Source: a virus (Duplodnaviria; Caudoviricetes). Taken from it: a stretch of DNA of 27,495 nt. Below the pieces are notes generated by a model, which saw nothing but the letters and a program-made list of their open reading frames with translations, was not told the origin of the DNA and searched no databases. Below, one piece after another: positions 16,301-25,063 of this stretch (its first letter is position 1; every line of letters starts with the position of its first letter). The position numbers and the translations under genes were made by a program. The stretch covers positions 1 to 27,495 of the IMG/VR virus record IMGVR_UViG_3300010286_000010, one strand, 5' to 3'.

Positions 16301-18496
16301 TTATCTTAAATCGGTTATATTATTAAATTCATTTTGTAGAATATTTACATATTTCTCATCACTATCACTATAGAACTGATTAAATACGTCATCAGATATA
16401 GTGTAATAACCAGTTTGTCTTAACTCATTAGGATCAGCATGATATTTTTTACAGTAAGCCTTTAAAGCTAATGGATTATTCTGAAGCAAATCGTATAGTT
16501 CCTGTATAGATTCTTCATGCTGTTTTCTTGCAAAGTCCTGCTGAAGAATAGCTTTTTGAGAACTGAGTATATTTAATTGCTGCTCAACATCTTCATTATT
16601 TTGAACTATTTCTTGACTTAGATCTGTCATTATTTCTTTTGTATAGAGAGGTTCATCATTAATGAAATCTTCTTCAGTTCTAATAGGGGTTTTTTCTATA
16701 CCGAATCTGGACATTAAATCTTGACCTTCATACCATACATATAATGCTAATAGATATGAGAATACTTGGTCGTCATGCCCATCATCAACATGCTCTATTC
16801 TACCATTTTTCTTTATTTCCAATTGACATAATTCGTCATATAGTCTCTTAGAAATAAATTTATCTTTATGATACCTCATACGCTCTTTCAAGATTTCCAT
16901 TAATTGATCTCTTGTCTTAGCGGTCATATCGGTACCATATACTTTTACTTTCTTAGTAGTCTTTATAGTTCTTATACCGTCATATCTTTCTTCAAATACT
17001 TTATCTTTAATTTCATAATATAGATTCTTCTTTATTTCTGGTTTAGATAATAGATATGATAATACAGCTGCACCATAGCCACCATTTCGTTCTACGTTAA
17101 CGACGGCATTTGGCATATATACTGTAATTAATTCATATAATACCCTAGCTAAATCTGTTACCGGTATATAGTTACAGTTAAAGTCTGCACACACTTTCGT
17201 TGTTCGAGAATCTATAATAGTAATTGCTGATGAGTCTCTATTGAAACCTCCAGCAACGTCGACACCTATTATTGGAGGATATCTAAAGTTGATGTCTTCA
17301 TATACTTTAAATATATAATGACAGTTACCAATCATTATTTCTCTAATAGGCTCTCTTAGTAATGTCTTTACAGTATCCAAATCAACCTTATCGAAAGGTG
17401 AGTTAGTTGCAGTTTGTGCCCACTCAAGTAATACTTCTCTTCTGATCGCAGACCAGTTATTTTGAAGGTCTTTAACCATTGCATCGAAGTAATCTTCTCC
17501 AGAACCTAACTGCTGATAAGTAAATCTCATATATACGAAGGTAGATTTAGTATTTACTGCTAATAAATCTCTTAATTGCTCAAGAGTCATATCATAATAC
17601 TGCTCACTAAATGGAGTAGCATTGACTCTGGTATAGTTTGCAGATTGTCCTTCTTCTGTTAATAAATCTCCAGGTGTTGTTGTAATCAACATACCATAAG
17701 GACCTCCCATATCTCTAGCATTTTGAGCTGCTCTAGAGAATGCAGGAGTAGCTGATTGATATATGATCCAGTTGAATGGGATAAATGCATACTCATCATA
17801 CCATATAAATGGAACTGTACAACCACGTCCAAGCGAGTTTGCCAATATCTTATTTCTCGCTGATGGAGCCGTTTTAATTTTATTATTATTAATTGGATTG
17901 GTTATAGTTTCAACACTATTAGGAGCCTTTAATTTTTTACCATCCATACCGTACTGTTGATCCATTCTAAGGTATTCTGGTAAAGCTGCTCTAATCTCTT
18001 TTAAACGTTGAAGGTTTAATTTGGAGTCATCTAATTTCTTATTTAAAAACATGAATTCAGAGTTTCTTGTTCCAAATAAGAAACACCATAAATATCTTAC
18101 TATTGCAGCAATAGTTTTACCATGCTGACGAGGTAATTCAAGAAACATATTCCAGTTAAGTACAAATCCAAAATTTAATGCTAAATTACCACGATGTAAT
18201 TTGTACCTGGTACCACCGTTAACTTCACCACCAGAGATAGGTATTCTTACTACTTCTCTGATAAAGTACCAGTAGTTTCTCATACATTCAGCAAGTATTT
18301 TTTTCTTCATATATAAATTAAGTCTTGGATCTCTTGGATCTACTCCTTCGAGATCTGTATCATATAATGCTAAGAAGAATGCATTATTTTTTATACCTTT
18401 ATGACGCAAATAATAGTGCATATCTAGAAAACTCTGATTAGTTGTAGACATTTGATATGCAACTTTAATCTGTGCTTGAGGTAGTTGCCTTACCAT
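16301..18496 (-). CDS. terL: Terminase large subunit
   Basis: Walker A LPRQHGKT, Walker B IWYDEYAF, coupling motif ITTT, RNase H-like nuclease IGVDVAGG...DSSAI...VERN...HDDQVFS. Confidence 0.93.
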   Translation of the reverse strand: MVRQLPQAQIKVAYQMSTTNQSFLDMHYYLRHKGIKNNAFFLALYDTDLEGVDPRDPRLNLYMKKKILAECMRNYWYFIREVVRIPISGGEVNGGTRYKLHRGNLALNFGFVLNWNMFLELPRQHGKTIAAIVRYLWCFLFGTRNSEFMFLNKKLDDSKLNLQRLKEIRAALPEYLRMDQQYGMDGKKLKAPNSVETITNPINNNKIKTAPSARNKILANSLGRGCTVPFIWYDEYAFIPFNWIIYQSATPAFSRAAQNARDMGGPYGMLITTTPGDLLTEEGQSANYTRVNATPFSEQYYDMTLEQLRDLLAVNTKSTFVYMRFTYQQLGSGEDYFDAMVKDLQNNWSAIRREVLLEWAQTATNSPFDKVDLDTVKTLLREPIREIMIGNCHYIFKVYEDINFRYPPIIGVDVAGGFNRDSSAITIIDSRTTKVCADFNCNYIPVTDLARVLYELITVYMPNAVVNVERNGGYGAAVLSYLLSKPEIKKNLYYEIKDKVFEERYDGIRTIKTTKKVKVYGTDMTAKTRDQLMEILKERMRYHKDKFISKRLYDELCQLEIKKNGRIEHVDDGHDDQVFSYLLALYVWYEGQDLMSRFGIEKTPIRTEEDFINDEPLYTKEIMTDLSQEIVQNNEDVEQQLNILSSQKAILQQDFARKQHEESIQELYDLLQNNPLALKAYCKKYHADPNELRQTGYYTISDDVFNQFYSDSDEKYVNILQNEFNNITDLR

Positions 18497-18530
18497 ATTC
18501 TCTCGCTCCTTTCCTCAATAATTTATTAAT

Positions 18531-18542
18531 TATATGAATGTT
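18531..18542 (-). promoter_or_regulatory. Phage late-promoter motif AACA-N6-TA
   Basis: Minus strand AACA TTCATA TA, 35 nt before terminase ATG. Confidence 0.7.
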
Positions 18543-18586
18543 AAACATAAACAATAAGCATTGATGTAAATAATTACTGCCCATGA

Positions 18587-18598
18587 AACAGTTTAGTA
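18587..18598 (+). promoter_or_regulatory. Phage late-promoter motif AACA-N6-TA
   Basis: AACA GTTTAG TA, divergent from terminase promoter, heading the dUTPase operon. Confidence 0.6.
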
Positions 18599-18686
18599 AA
18601 TTAAATTTTTAAAGGATTACAATACATATGATTGGCATCAAATAATTAAAAAATAAAATAAATAAAAAGAAATGGAGGAATTAATC

Positions 18687-19370
18687 ATGTTTTTATTAAA
18701 AAGAAAAAATATAGCTAGATTTGAAAAGGTTAGCTATGAAGAATTCAAAAGAACAATTTTAGATCTTTATTTTACAGATGATTATAGGATTAAGAAAGAC
18801 TGTATGTTTGGTGTTCTTATCTATCCGTCTGCGATAGACGAGTTTAGATTAGATGATAAAGTAAATAAAGATGATTTGGAGAAGTTTATAAAAGATGCAT
18901 ATGATAAAATCGTTATTCCAGAAGCAAAGACAATAGGTTCTGCTGGACATGATTTTACTATTCCTTTTGATGTAGCTATCAGATCAATATATGGATGCAA
19001 AAATACATCCGAATTATATAACTGCAGTATAATAATACCAACTGGTATTAGATGCTGTATTGATAAAGGATGGGTACTTGAAATATATCCTAGAAGCGGC
19101 TTGGGAATTAAGGGATTAAAGATTGAAAATACTGTTCCTATTATAGATCAGGATTATTATTATGCTGATAATGAAGGACATATTCTATTAAAGATAACCA
19201 ATGAAAGCAAAACCAAAGAACCTTTCAAGTTTATTGGTGGAAAAGATAGAATTGCTCAAGGTTTATTTAAAATATATGGTACAGCTGGTAAGCCGAATAA
19301 GCAGAAAAGAACTGGTGGATTTAATTCCACTTCTGAAGAAGGCTCTATACTTATAAAGAAACGTAAATAA
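18687..19370 (+). CDS. dut: Trimeric dUTPase (clostridial type, atypical motifs)
   Basis: Motifs SAGHDF, PRSGLG, IIDQDYY, RIAQG, RTGGFNST; start 18687 chosen from GGAGG spacing. Confidence 0.9.
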   Translation: MFLLKRKNIARFEKVSYEEFKRTILDLYFTDDYRIKKDCMFGVLIYPSAIDEFRLDDKVNKDDLEKFIKDAYDKIVIPEAKTIGSAGHDFTIPFDVAIRSIYGCKNTSELYNCSIIIPTGIRCCIDKGWVLEIYPRSGLGIKGLKIENTVPIIDQDYYYADNEGHILLKITNESKTKEPFKFIGGKDRIAQGLFKIYGTAGKPNKQKRTGGFNSTSEEGSILIKKRK

Positions 19371-19386
19371 AGGAGGAAATGTATGT

Positions 19387-20187
19387 ATGTTCAATTCAAA
19401 TAATAGCGAATATGCAATTGTAACGGATAATGAAGTTGCACAAATATTATCTCATTTTAATAACGACTATGTATACGCTACAGTAACAAGGAGTATATCC
19501 GAAAAGTTAAGACCATATAGTATGAGTTTGCCTAATATTGTTATATCATATGAGCAATATTACAAACAAGCAACAGATAATTATCCTGATGTAAAAGATG
19601 CCATCTGGGAAGCAAGAAATGGAGTTTATGAACAAATAATAAAATTATTATGTGACGCATATCAGCTGGTATTTAATGATACTGAAGATCTTTATTCATC
19701 AGCTGTTTATCTATATGATTTCTTGGTTTCTAATTTCCAAAATAATATAATTACCTTCTTTACAAATTATATTCTGAAAGAAAAGAACAGCATCTATGAT
19801 TTATTAAATCTAGGTGCTTTAAAGAGAAATAAAGATACTAGTACTATGTATAGTAAGAAAATTTATAAACATACAAGATTAGGAATAATATGTGCTAATC
19901 TTGAACGTGTAATTGACAATATCAATAACTTTGATATTGATTTCAATACATATGTAGATATAGTTTATGGATATGACAATCGAAATATAGCAAAACATAT
20001 TCAGTTGGTCACATCACCAATAAATAATTTCTTTAAAACATATGTAGCAAGCTGCTTTAATACAAGTATGAGACCTGTATTGATCACTTCTATAAGATTA
20101 AAGTTGCAAGAATCTGCTACAGAAAGCGATTTAAATACAAATAATATAATTAAAGAGGAGGAACCTTCCAATGGCGAACAAGAATAA
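19387..20187 (+). CDS. Hypothetical protein (266 aa)
   Basis: SD AAGGAGG; long ORF in operon. Confidence 0.8.
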   Translation: MFNSNNSEYAIVTDNEVAQILSHFNNDYVYATVTRSISEKLRPYSMSLPNIVISYEQYYKQATDNYPDVKDAIWEARNGVYEQIIKLLCDAYQLVFNDTEDLYSSAVYLYDFLVSNFQNNIITFFTNYILKEKNSIYDLLNLGALKRNKDTSTMYSKKIYKHTRLGIICANLERVIDNINNFDIDFNTYVDIVYGYDNRNIAKHIQLVTSPINNFFKTYVASCFNTSMRPVLITSIRLKLQESATESDLNTNNIIKEEEPSNGEQE

Positions 20188-21415
20188 AAAACTAATCAAT
20201 AAACCTGAAGATGTAAACAAAGAACCAAATTTGGCAACAGAATTGGATGAATCCTTAATGGATGAAATTGATTTAGATGACGAGGTTAAATTAACTGATG
20301 AGCAGGTTCAAGTTATAAAGAATCTTACTTCTGATATAAAATCAGAAGATGCAAAGTTTCTTGAATCTCTGCCTTCCAATAATGGAATATTAGAGAATCA
20401 GAATAATAATAATGAAACATTCGTTGAAACGGCTAATGTTATCATAGATCCCAATACAGGTGCTTTAAATGTACTTGAAAGGGAACTTGATGAAAGAATG
20501 GCAAAATTATTGGATGTTAATATAGAAGATTTATATAAACTTCCTACATCTGCAGCAGAAATTCCCTATGATCCTGAGCTGGTAAAATCAAATGCTAAGG
20601 AATATGGAATAAAAGATGAAGATATAATGGCAATTCTTCCTCTTATTGATAAAATGAGAGCTGGAGAAGACCTTAACTGGTATAATGAGATGCCTCAGTC
20701 AATAAAAAATATGATCAATAAACAGTGTCTTGAATTAAACAATAATACTTTAGGAGTTAAGAAATTACTTGCCGAAGAATTATTGAAAGGTTTAATCAGA
20801 GATGCTGGAATAGATAAATTGGTAATTGACCTTCAAGAAGTTACTAATAAGGCTTTAGATATATCTGGACTTATGAAAATGACTTTGGATTATCAGAGCA
20901 CTCTTCTTGAAACTGAATTTAAGAAGATAGCAGATAAATATGAAGCCGAAGGAAAAACTGAAAAGGCTGAAAAAATGAGGGCTGTTACTGAAGCTTACAA
21001 ACAATCTTATACTCTTGAAGATTTCATAGCAAAAGCTAAAGCTGGAAAGATAAGAGTAAAAGATTTTGATTTAACTAAATATAAAAGATTTGTATCTCTG
21101 TTTAATCATAAATATGAAACAGATACACCATTTGTTATCAATGATATTTCTGGCATTGCTCCCGTGTTGAAAAGAAAATTTCCAGAATTTACAACAGATC
21201 AAATTATGAGATTTGTAATAGGAATATGCAAGTATTGCCAGAATATGGACTCAAAGGATGTTGTTGATCATACATTCATGAGTTATACAATCATAAATAT
21301 AAATAACCTTGATCTTATTATTAGAGATCAGGAAGAGAATGCATTTGTAAATACTCTGATGGATTCTCTTAGAAAAGCTATCAAAGCTGTAAACAATATA
21401 AAGGAGGAAGAATAA
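20171..21415 (+). CDS. Hypothetical protein (414 aa, acidic N-terminus, helical)
   Basis: SD GAGGAGG; overlaps upstream gene by 17 nt. Confidence 0.8.
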   Translation: MANKNKKLINKPEDVNKEPNLATELDESLMDEIDLDDEVKLTDEQVQVIKNLTSDIKSEDAKFLESLPSNNGILENQNNNNETFVETANVIIDPNTGALNVLERELDERMAKLLDVNIEDLYKLPTSAAEIPYDPELVKSNAKEYGIKDEDIMAILPLIDKMRAGEDLNWYNEMPQSIKNMINKQCLELNNNTLGVKKLLAEELLKGLIRDAGIDKLVIDLQEVTNKALDISGLMKMTLDYQSTLLETEFKKIADKYEAEGKTEKAEKMRAVTEAYKQSYTLEDFIAKAKAGKIRVKDFDLTKYKRFVSLFNHKYETDTPFVINDISGIAPVLKRKFPEFTTDQIMRFVIGICKYCQNMDSKDVVDHTFMSYTIININNLDLIIRDQEENAFVNTLMDSLRKAIKAVNNIKEEE

Positions 21416-21416
21416 C

Positions 21417-21761
21417 ATGGCAGAAATTATTGATGTAAATGCAACTATTCAGGACGCAGTATCTGTATATAATGAGGAAGTTATAACAGCTGCGGATTTT
21501 AAAAAGTTAGTAGAAGAAATTATGAATGTAGTAAAAACCTGCTCAATTAAAGACCTGAAAAATATGTTTATTAAGGCTATGGATGCAAGAGGAGCCAAAC
21601 AGGATATGTCCCAGTTTGAACCAATAAACTGTACATATGTAGATTTGTTTATAAGACAAATCCAAAATACCGTAATGATGTTTGCATATGATGATTTGGT
21701 AGCTTTCCATGAATATGTAATGTCATTATCTGAAAAGGTTAAAAAGACGGAGGAACGTTAA
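21417..21761 (+). CDS. Hypothetical protein (114 aa)
   Basis: SD AGGAGG, 1 nt after upstream stop. Confidence 0.75.
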   Translation: MAEIIDVNATIQDAVSVYNEEVITAADFKKLVEEIMNVVKTCSIKDLKNMFIKAMDARGAKQDMSQFEPINCTYVDLFIRQIQNTVMMFAYDDLVAFHEYVMSLSEKVKKTEER

Positions 21762-21762
21762 T

Positions 21763-22203
21763 ATGCTTATAAAGAGAAACGTTATTGCTAATATAATATC
21801 AACATTCGATTTCATATTCGAAGATTCAAATTTGAATCATAGCTGCACATGTAAAAGTGGAGATAAAGTAAGAATAAAATTTAATGATGGTAACCAAATA
21901 GTAGAAGTAATTGGAATGATTAAATCTATTGGAGTAAATTTGCCTATAGAAAAAAGCAAAGAACTAACACTGGTAATCGACGCATCAGAACCTTTTAATA
22001 GTAAAATATATACTATTAAATCCTCTGATGTTTATGATCTTTATCTAGTAGTCGAAAATGAAGACGAAGATGATCCAGAGCCAGAAATACCCCCAACAAC
22101 CTCTGATCCGGAAGATGAAGAAGATACTGGATCGGAGATACCCCCAACACCTTCTGATCCAGGAGAAGATAATGAAGACACTGGATCAGAAATACCAGAG
22201 TAG
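21763..22203 (+). CDS. Hypothetical protein with Pro/acidic repeat tail
   Basis: SD GGAGG; beta-rich N-domain then repeated EIPPTxSDP(G)EDxEDTGS. Confidence 0.75.
   Translation: MLIKRNVIANIISTFDFIFEDSNLNHSCTCKSGDKVRIKFNDGNQIVEVIGMIKSIGVNLPIEKSKELTLVIDASEPFNSKIYTIKSSDVYDLYLVVENEDEDDPEPEIPPTTSDPEDEEDTGSEIPPTPSDPGEDNEDTGSEIPE
22084..22200 (+). repeat. Intragenic tandem repeat (51 nt + 54 nt + partial)
   Basis: EIPPTTSDPEDEEDTGS / EIPPTPSDPGEDNEDTGS / EIPE. Confidence 0.85.
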
Positions 22204-22228
22204 AGAAATCTACTCTGGTATTTTATTG
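22191..22228 (+). terminator. Intrinsic terminator overlapping stop codon
   Basis: Perfect 14-bp stem AATACCAGAGTAGA / TCTACTCTGGTATT with GAAA loop, then T-rich tract. Confidence 0.85.
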
Positions 22229-22251
22229 TCTTATTGGGCTTTAATACTTTA

Positions 22252-22263
22252 AACAGATTAGTA
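22252..22263 (+). promoter_or_regulatory. Phage late-promoter motif AACA-N6-TA
   Basis: AACA GATTAG TA, 23 nt before ATG 22286. Confidence 0.7.
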
Positions 22264-22285
22264 ATTATGAAAGGAGGAATTGTTG

Positions 22286-23023
22286 ATGTTTTATAGAAAA
22301 GAAAATGATTCTATTGTTTATAATGGTAAAGGATATCTAGTTTACTATGTTCCTGAAGAATATTTTGCATCCGGATGTGCAAATGTAGTTGGTGAATATA
22401 TAAATTTACTTGGAATATTTAATTACGCTATATTTGATGAGAATGGTAAAAGTAGCGGATTAAAAACATTCAATTTCCCATCTATATTTCTTGCCCAGCC
22501 TAGCGAGGTAGAGAGGGTAAAAGATGTACAATTGACAAAAACCAGTGAAAAGCAGGATTATAGACTATTAAAATTCAAAAATGGGGACAAATTAATAGTA
22601 CAAGTAAAAGTTCCTCAAGATATTGAAAATGTTGAACTATTCTTCAAAATATTTGTAATTACTGGAAAGAGCCCAGATACTATACCTTATCCCGAAGTAT
22701 ATAAATATTTCTTGGACTCTATGGCTGCAAATGCTGGTTCTTATAACGTATCGAACCAGTTATTTGGTATATTACAAAGTGAAATTTATAGAGATCCAAC
22801 AGATAAAAGTCGTCCATTTAGAATATCTAAAGCCAAGAAAAATAAAGAATGGACTAATTATATAAATATACCAATCAAAGATGTACCAGACTATATTAGT
22901 CCATTTGTAAGTATAACATCTGAAAACTTTGATGATTCTCTAATACAGGCTATACTAATGGATGGAAAAGAGGTTAAGTCGTCACCATTAGAGAGAGTTC
23001 TTACTGGTACAAAAACTAAATAA
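22286..23023 (+). CDS. Putative split RNA polymerase beta-prime C-terminal subunit (probably virion RNAP)
   Basis: C-terminal SPFVSITSENFDDSLIQAIL...SPLERVLTG parallels beta-prime region H ([20 protein letters not shown]...GLKENVIVG); LFGILQSEIYRD parallels HIEVIVRQM; start ATG 22286 from SD spacing. Confidence 0.5.
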   Translation: MFYRKENDSIVYNGKGYLVYYVPEEYFASGCANVVGEYINLLGIFNYAIFDENGKSSGLKTFNFPSIFLAQPSEVERVKDVQLTKTSEKQDYRLLKFKNGDKLIVQVKVPQDIENVELFFKIFVITGKSPDTIPYPEVYKYFLDSMAANAGSYNVSNQLFGILQSEIYRDPTDKSRPFRISKAKKNKEWTNYINIPIKDVPDYISPFVSITSENFDDSLIQAILMDGKEVKSSPLERVLTGTKTK

Positions 23024-23074
23024 TTTATTATTACTACTAACTGGAAAAGATGCTAACGGGGCAGGTAATACATT

Positions 23075-23086
23075 AACATATTAATA
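23075..23086 (+). promoter_or_regulatory. Phage late-promoter motif AACA-N6-TA
   Basis: AACA TATTAA TA, 76 nt before tail sheath ATG, followed by a leader hairpin. Confidence 0.7.
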
Positions 23087-23161
23087 AATTACATTAATTA
23101 ATTTTAAGATAATTGATGTATTTATATCATCTCATAAATATTATAAAGGAGGAAACTAAAT

Positions 23162-25033
23162 ATGATAGGTACTAAGTTTAATTTGTACGATCAGAGTGCT
23201 ATTGAAGAAATATCTCAAGTGCAAGAGGTCGACAATAGCCCTGTTATATTGACCGCAATGGCAGCTGCCAAAGGTACCGAAGACTTCTTCGACCTTAAAG
23301 GTCAGGAATATTTAGATATGTTTGGCCAGGCTAATTTCAAGGCTTACGGTCAAGTAAGCATTCAGAATCAACGCATGATTGAAGCTGGTGCTCGTTTAGT
23401 AGGAAAGCGCATTGTTGCCCCTGATGCAACATTGGCTAATATTATTATAGTAGCAAAATTATATATGACTGAAGTTCAGAAGACCGATGGTGCAGGTAAT
23501 CCTCTGTACTATGATTCTCAGATGAATGAAACTGTAGTTGAAACTGAAGATCCGGTTATGGTTCGTACAGCTCATATCAGATATGAAGCAGCATCTACAG
23601 TAGGTGCTAAGACTCTTGACCAGGTTGTTGAAGCTGCTGGTGAAGAGCTCGATGTTAACGGAACAACAGAAGGTGGCGTTACAGTATATAGCTATCCTCT
23701 GTTCGTTATTGTTGATAACGGAAGATGTGTTAGCAAGAAGAGAGTTTCAATCGCTCCTGATGTAGCTGTAAGTAAGAACCTTCCTTTCATGTACTATACT
23801 TTAACAGTATATGAAAATGGTACTCCTCTTCAGTCTGCACGTTTTGCTGCAGCTCCTGATACTGTATATCGTGGAGAAAACATTGAGCTGACTCAGGTAT
23901 CAAATACATATCTGACTCAGGTGAAGGCTTATTCATTCTCTGATAATATCAGGGCATTTGTTGAAAAGCTTTCTGAATTCTCATTAATCGAAGATGAGCA
24001 GCTTCTTTCCGGTGATTTCCTGTTTGGTGCCACTGTTAAAGGTAATAAATATCCTTCAATAGCAGTTGATACCGAAAACGGAGTTGATCTGGCAGCAATT
24101 ACAGGATTATCTCTCATGAATGGTTCTAATGGTTCATTTGGTGATAATCCATTATCAGATCCGGATGCAATCGCTGTATACAATGCAGAACTGCTTAAGT
24201 TCTTCAGCGGTGATTTGACTGATGAAATCTACAATGTAGATGCATATCAGATAGATGCAGTATTTGATGCTAACTATCCGGTTAATGTTAAGGAAAAGAT
24301 CGTAGCTCTTGCTGAGTACAGAAAAGATTTCATGTACTTCAGAGATCTTGGATTGAATATATACACAATTGACGATGTAAAGAATGCTGTTGGTCCTCTT
24401 ACTAAGTCCAGCTGGGTTACTGACTTCTGCCAGGCTTATGAAGTTGTTGATCCATACAGCAGAAAGAATGTTAAGGTTACAGCAATCTATACAATTTCCA
24501 GATTGATGGTTGGTCATCTCAGAGACCGCAGAAATCTGCCGTTTGCTGGAGAGACTAATGAGGCAATCTTGACAGATGCAATTAAGGGAACTTTAACATT
24601 CGCTCCTAAGGTAACACCTGCTATAGATGAGAAGACAGAATTAGAGGATCTCAGAGTTAACTTTGCGTCCTATTTCGGTACAAGGTTAGTTGTTGAGTCC
24701 TTATATACTTCTCAAGAAAAGCATACTCAGTTATCTTACTCCAACAATGTACTGGCTCTTCAGAGAGTAATTAAGGCTCTTAGGGCAGCATTCCCTGCAA
24801 TTCGTTATCAGTTTGTATCTAACGAGGAAGACCTCGCTAAGTATACAAATCGTATAAACGAAGTGCTTTCTGCTTACGCTTCTGACTTTGAAGAGTTGAG
24901 ATTTACTTATATTGAAGATAAGGTTATGCTTTCCAATAAGATCTTCCGTGCAGCAATTTACTTCAGATTCAAGGAATTCGCTCAGGCAGAACTTATTGAT
25001 GCATACATTTTGCCGACATCAGTAGCGGCTTAA
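23162..25033 (+). CDS. Contractile tail sheath protein
   Basis: 623 aa; L.NGSNG, FDANYP...K..I..LAEYRKD, PFAG, LEDLRVNF, TSQ...LS..NNV C-terminal sheath motifs; high-expression codon bias; followed by tube-sized gene. Confidence 0.88.
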   Translation: MIGTKFNLYDQSAIEEISQVQEVDNSPVILTAMAAAKGTEDFFDLKGQEYLDMFGQANFKAYGQVSIQNQRMIEAGARLVGKRIVAPDATLANIIIVAKLYMTEVQKTDGAGNPLYYDSQMNETVVETEDPVMVRTAHIRYEAASTVGAKTLDQVVEAAGEELDVNGTTEGGVTVYSYPLFVIVDNGRCVSKKRVSIAPDVAVSKNLPFMYYTLTVYENGTPLQSARFAAAPDTVYRGENIELTQVSNTYLTQVKAYSFSDNIRAFVEKLSEFSLIEDEQLLSGDFLFGATVKGNKYPSIAVDTENGVDLAAITGLSLMNGSNGSFGDNPLSDPDAIAVYNAELLKFFSGDLTDEIYNVDAYQIDAVFDANYPVNVKEKIVALAEYRKDFMYFRDLGLNIYTIDDVKNAVGPLTKSSWVTDFCQAYEVVDPYSRKNVKVTAIYTISRLMVGHLRDRRNLPFAGETNEAILTDAIKGTLTFAPKVTPAIDEKTELEDLRVNFASYFGTRLVVESLYTSQEKHTQLSYSNNVLALQRVIKALRAAFPAIRYQFVSNEEDLAKYTNRINEVLSAYASDFEELRFTYIEDKVMLSNKIFRAAIYFRFKEFAQAELIDAYILPTSVAA

Positions 25034-25063
25034 TAATAAAAAATAAGAAAGGAGAAAAATAAT

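Noticed and set aside
16301-18496. Intein or group I intron in terminase
   Set aside because: ORF is continuous, ATPase and nuclease motifs are normally spaced, no intein termini or homing endonuclease motif; extra length is terminal extension
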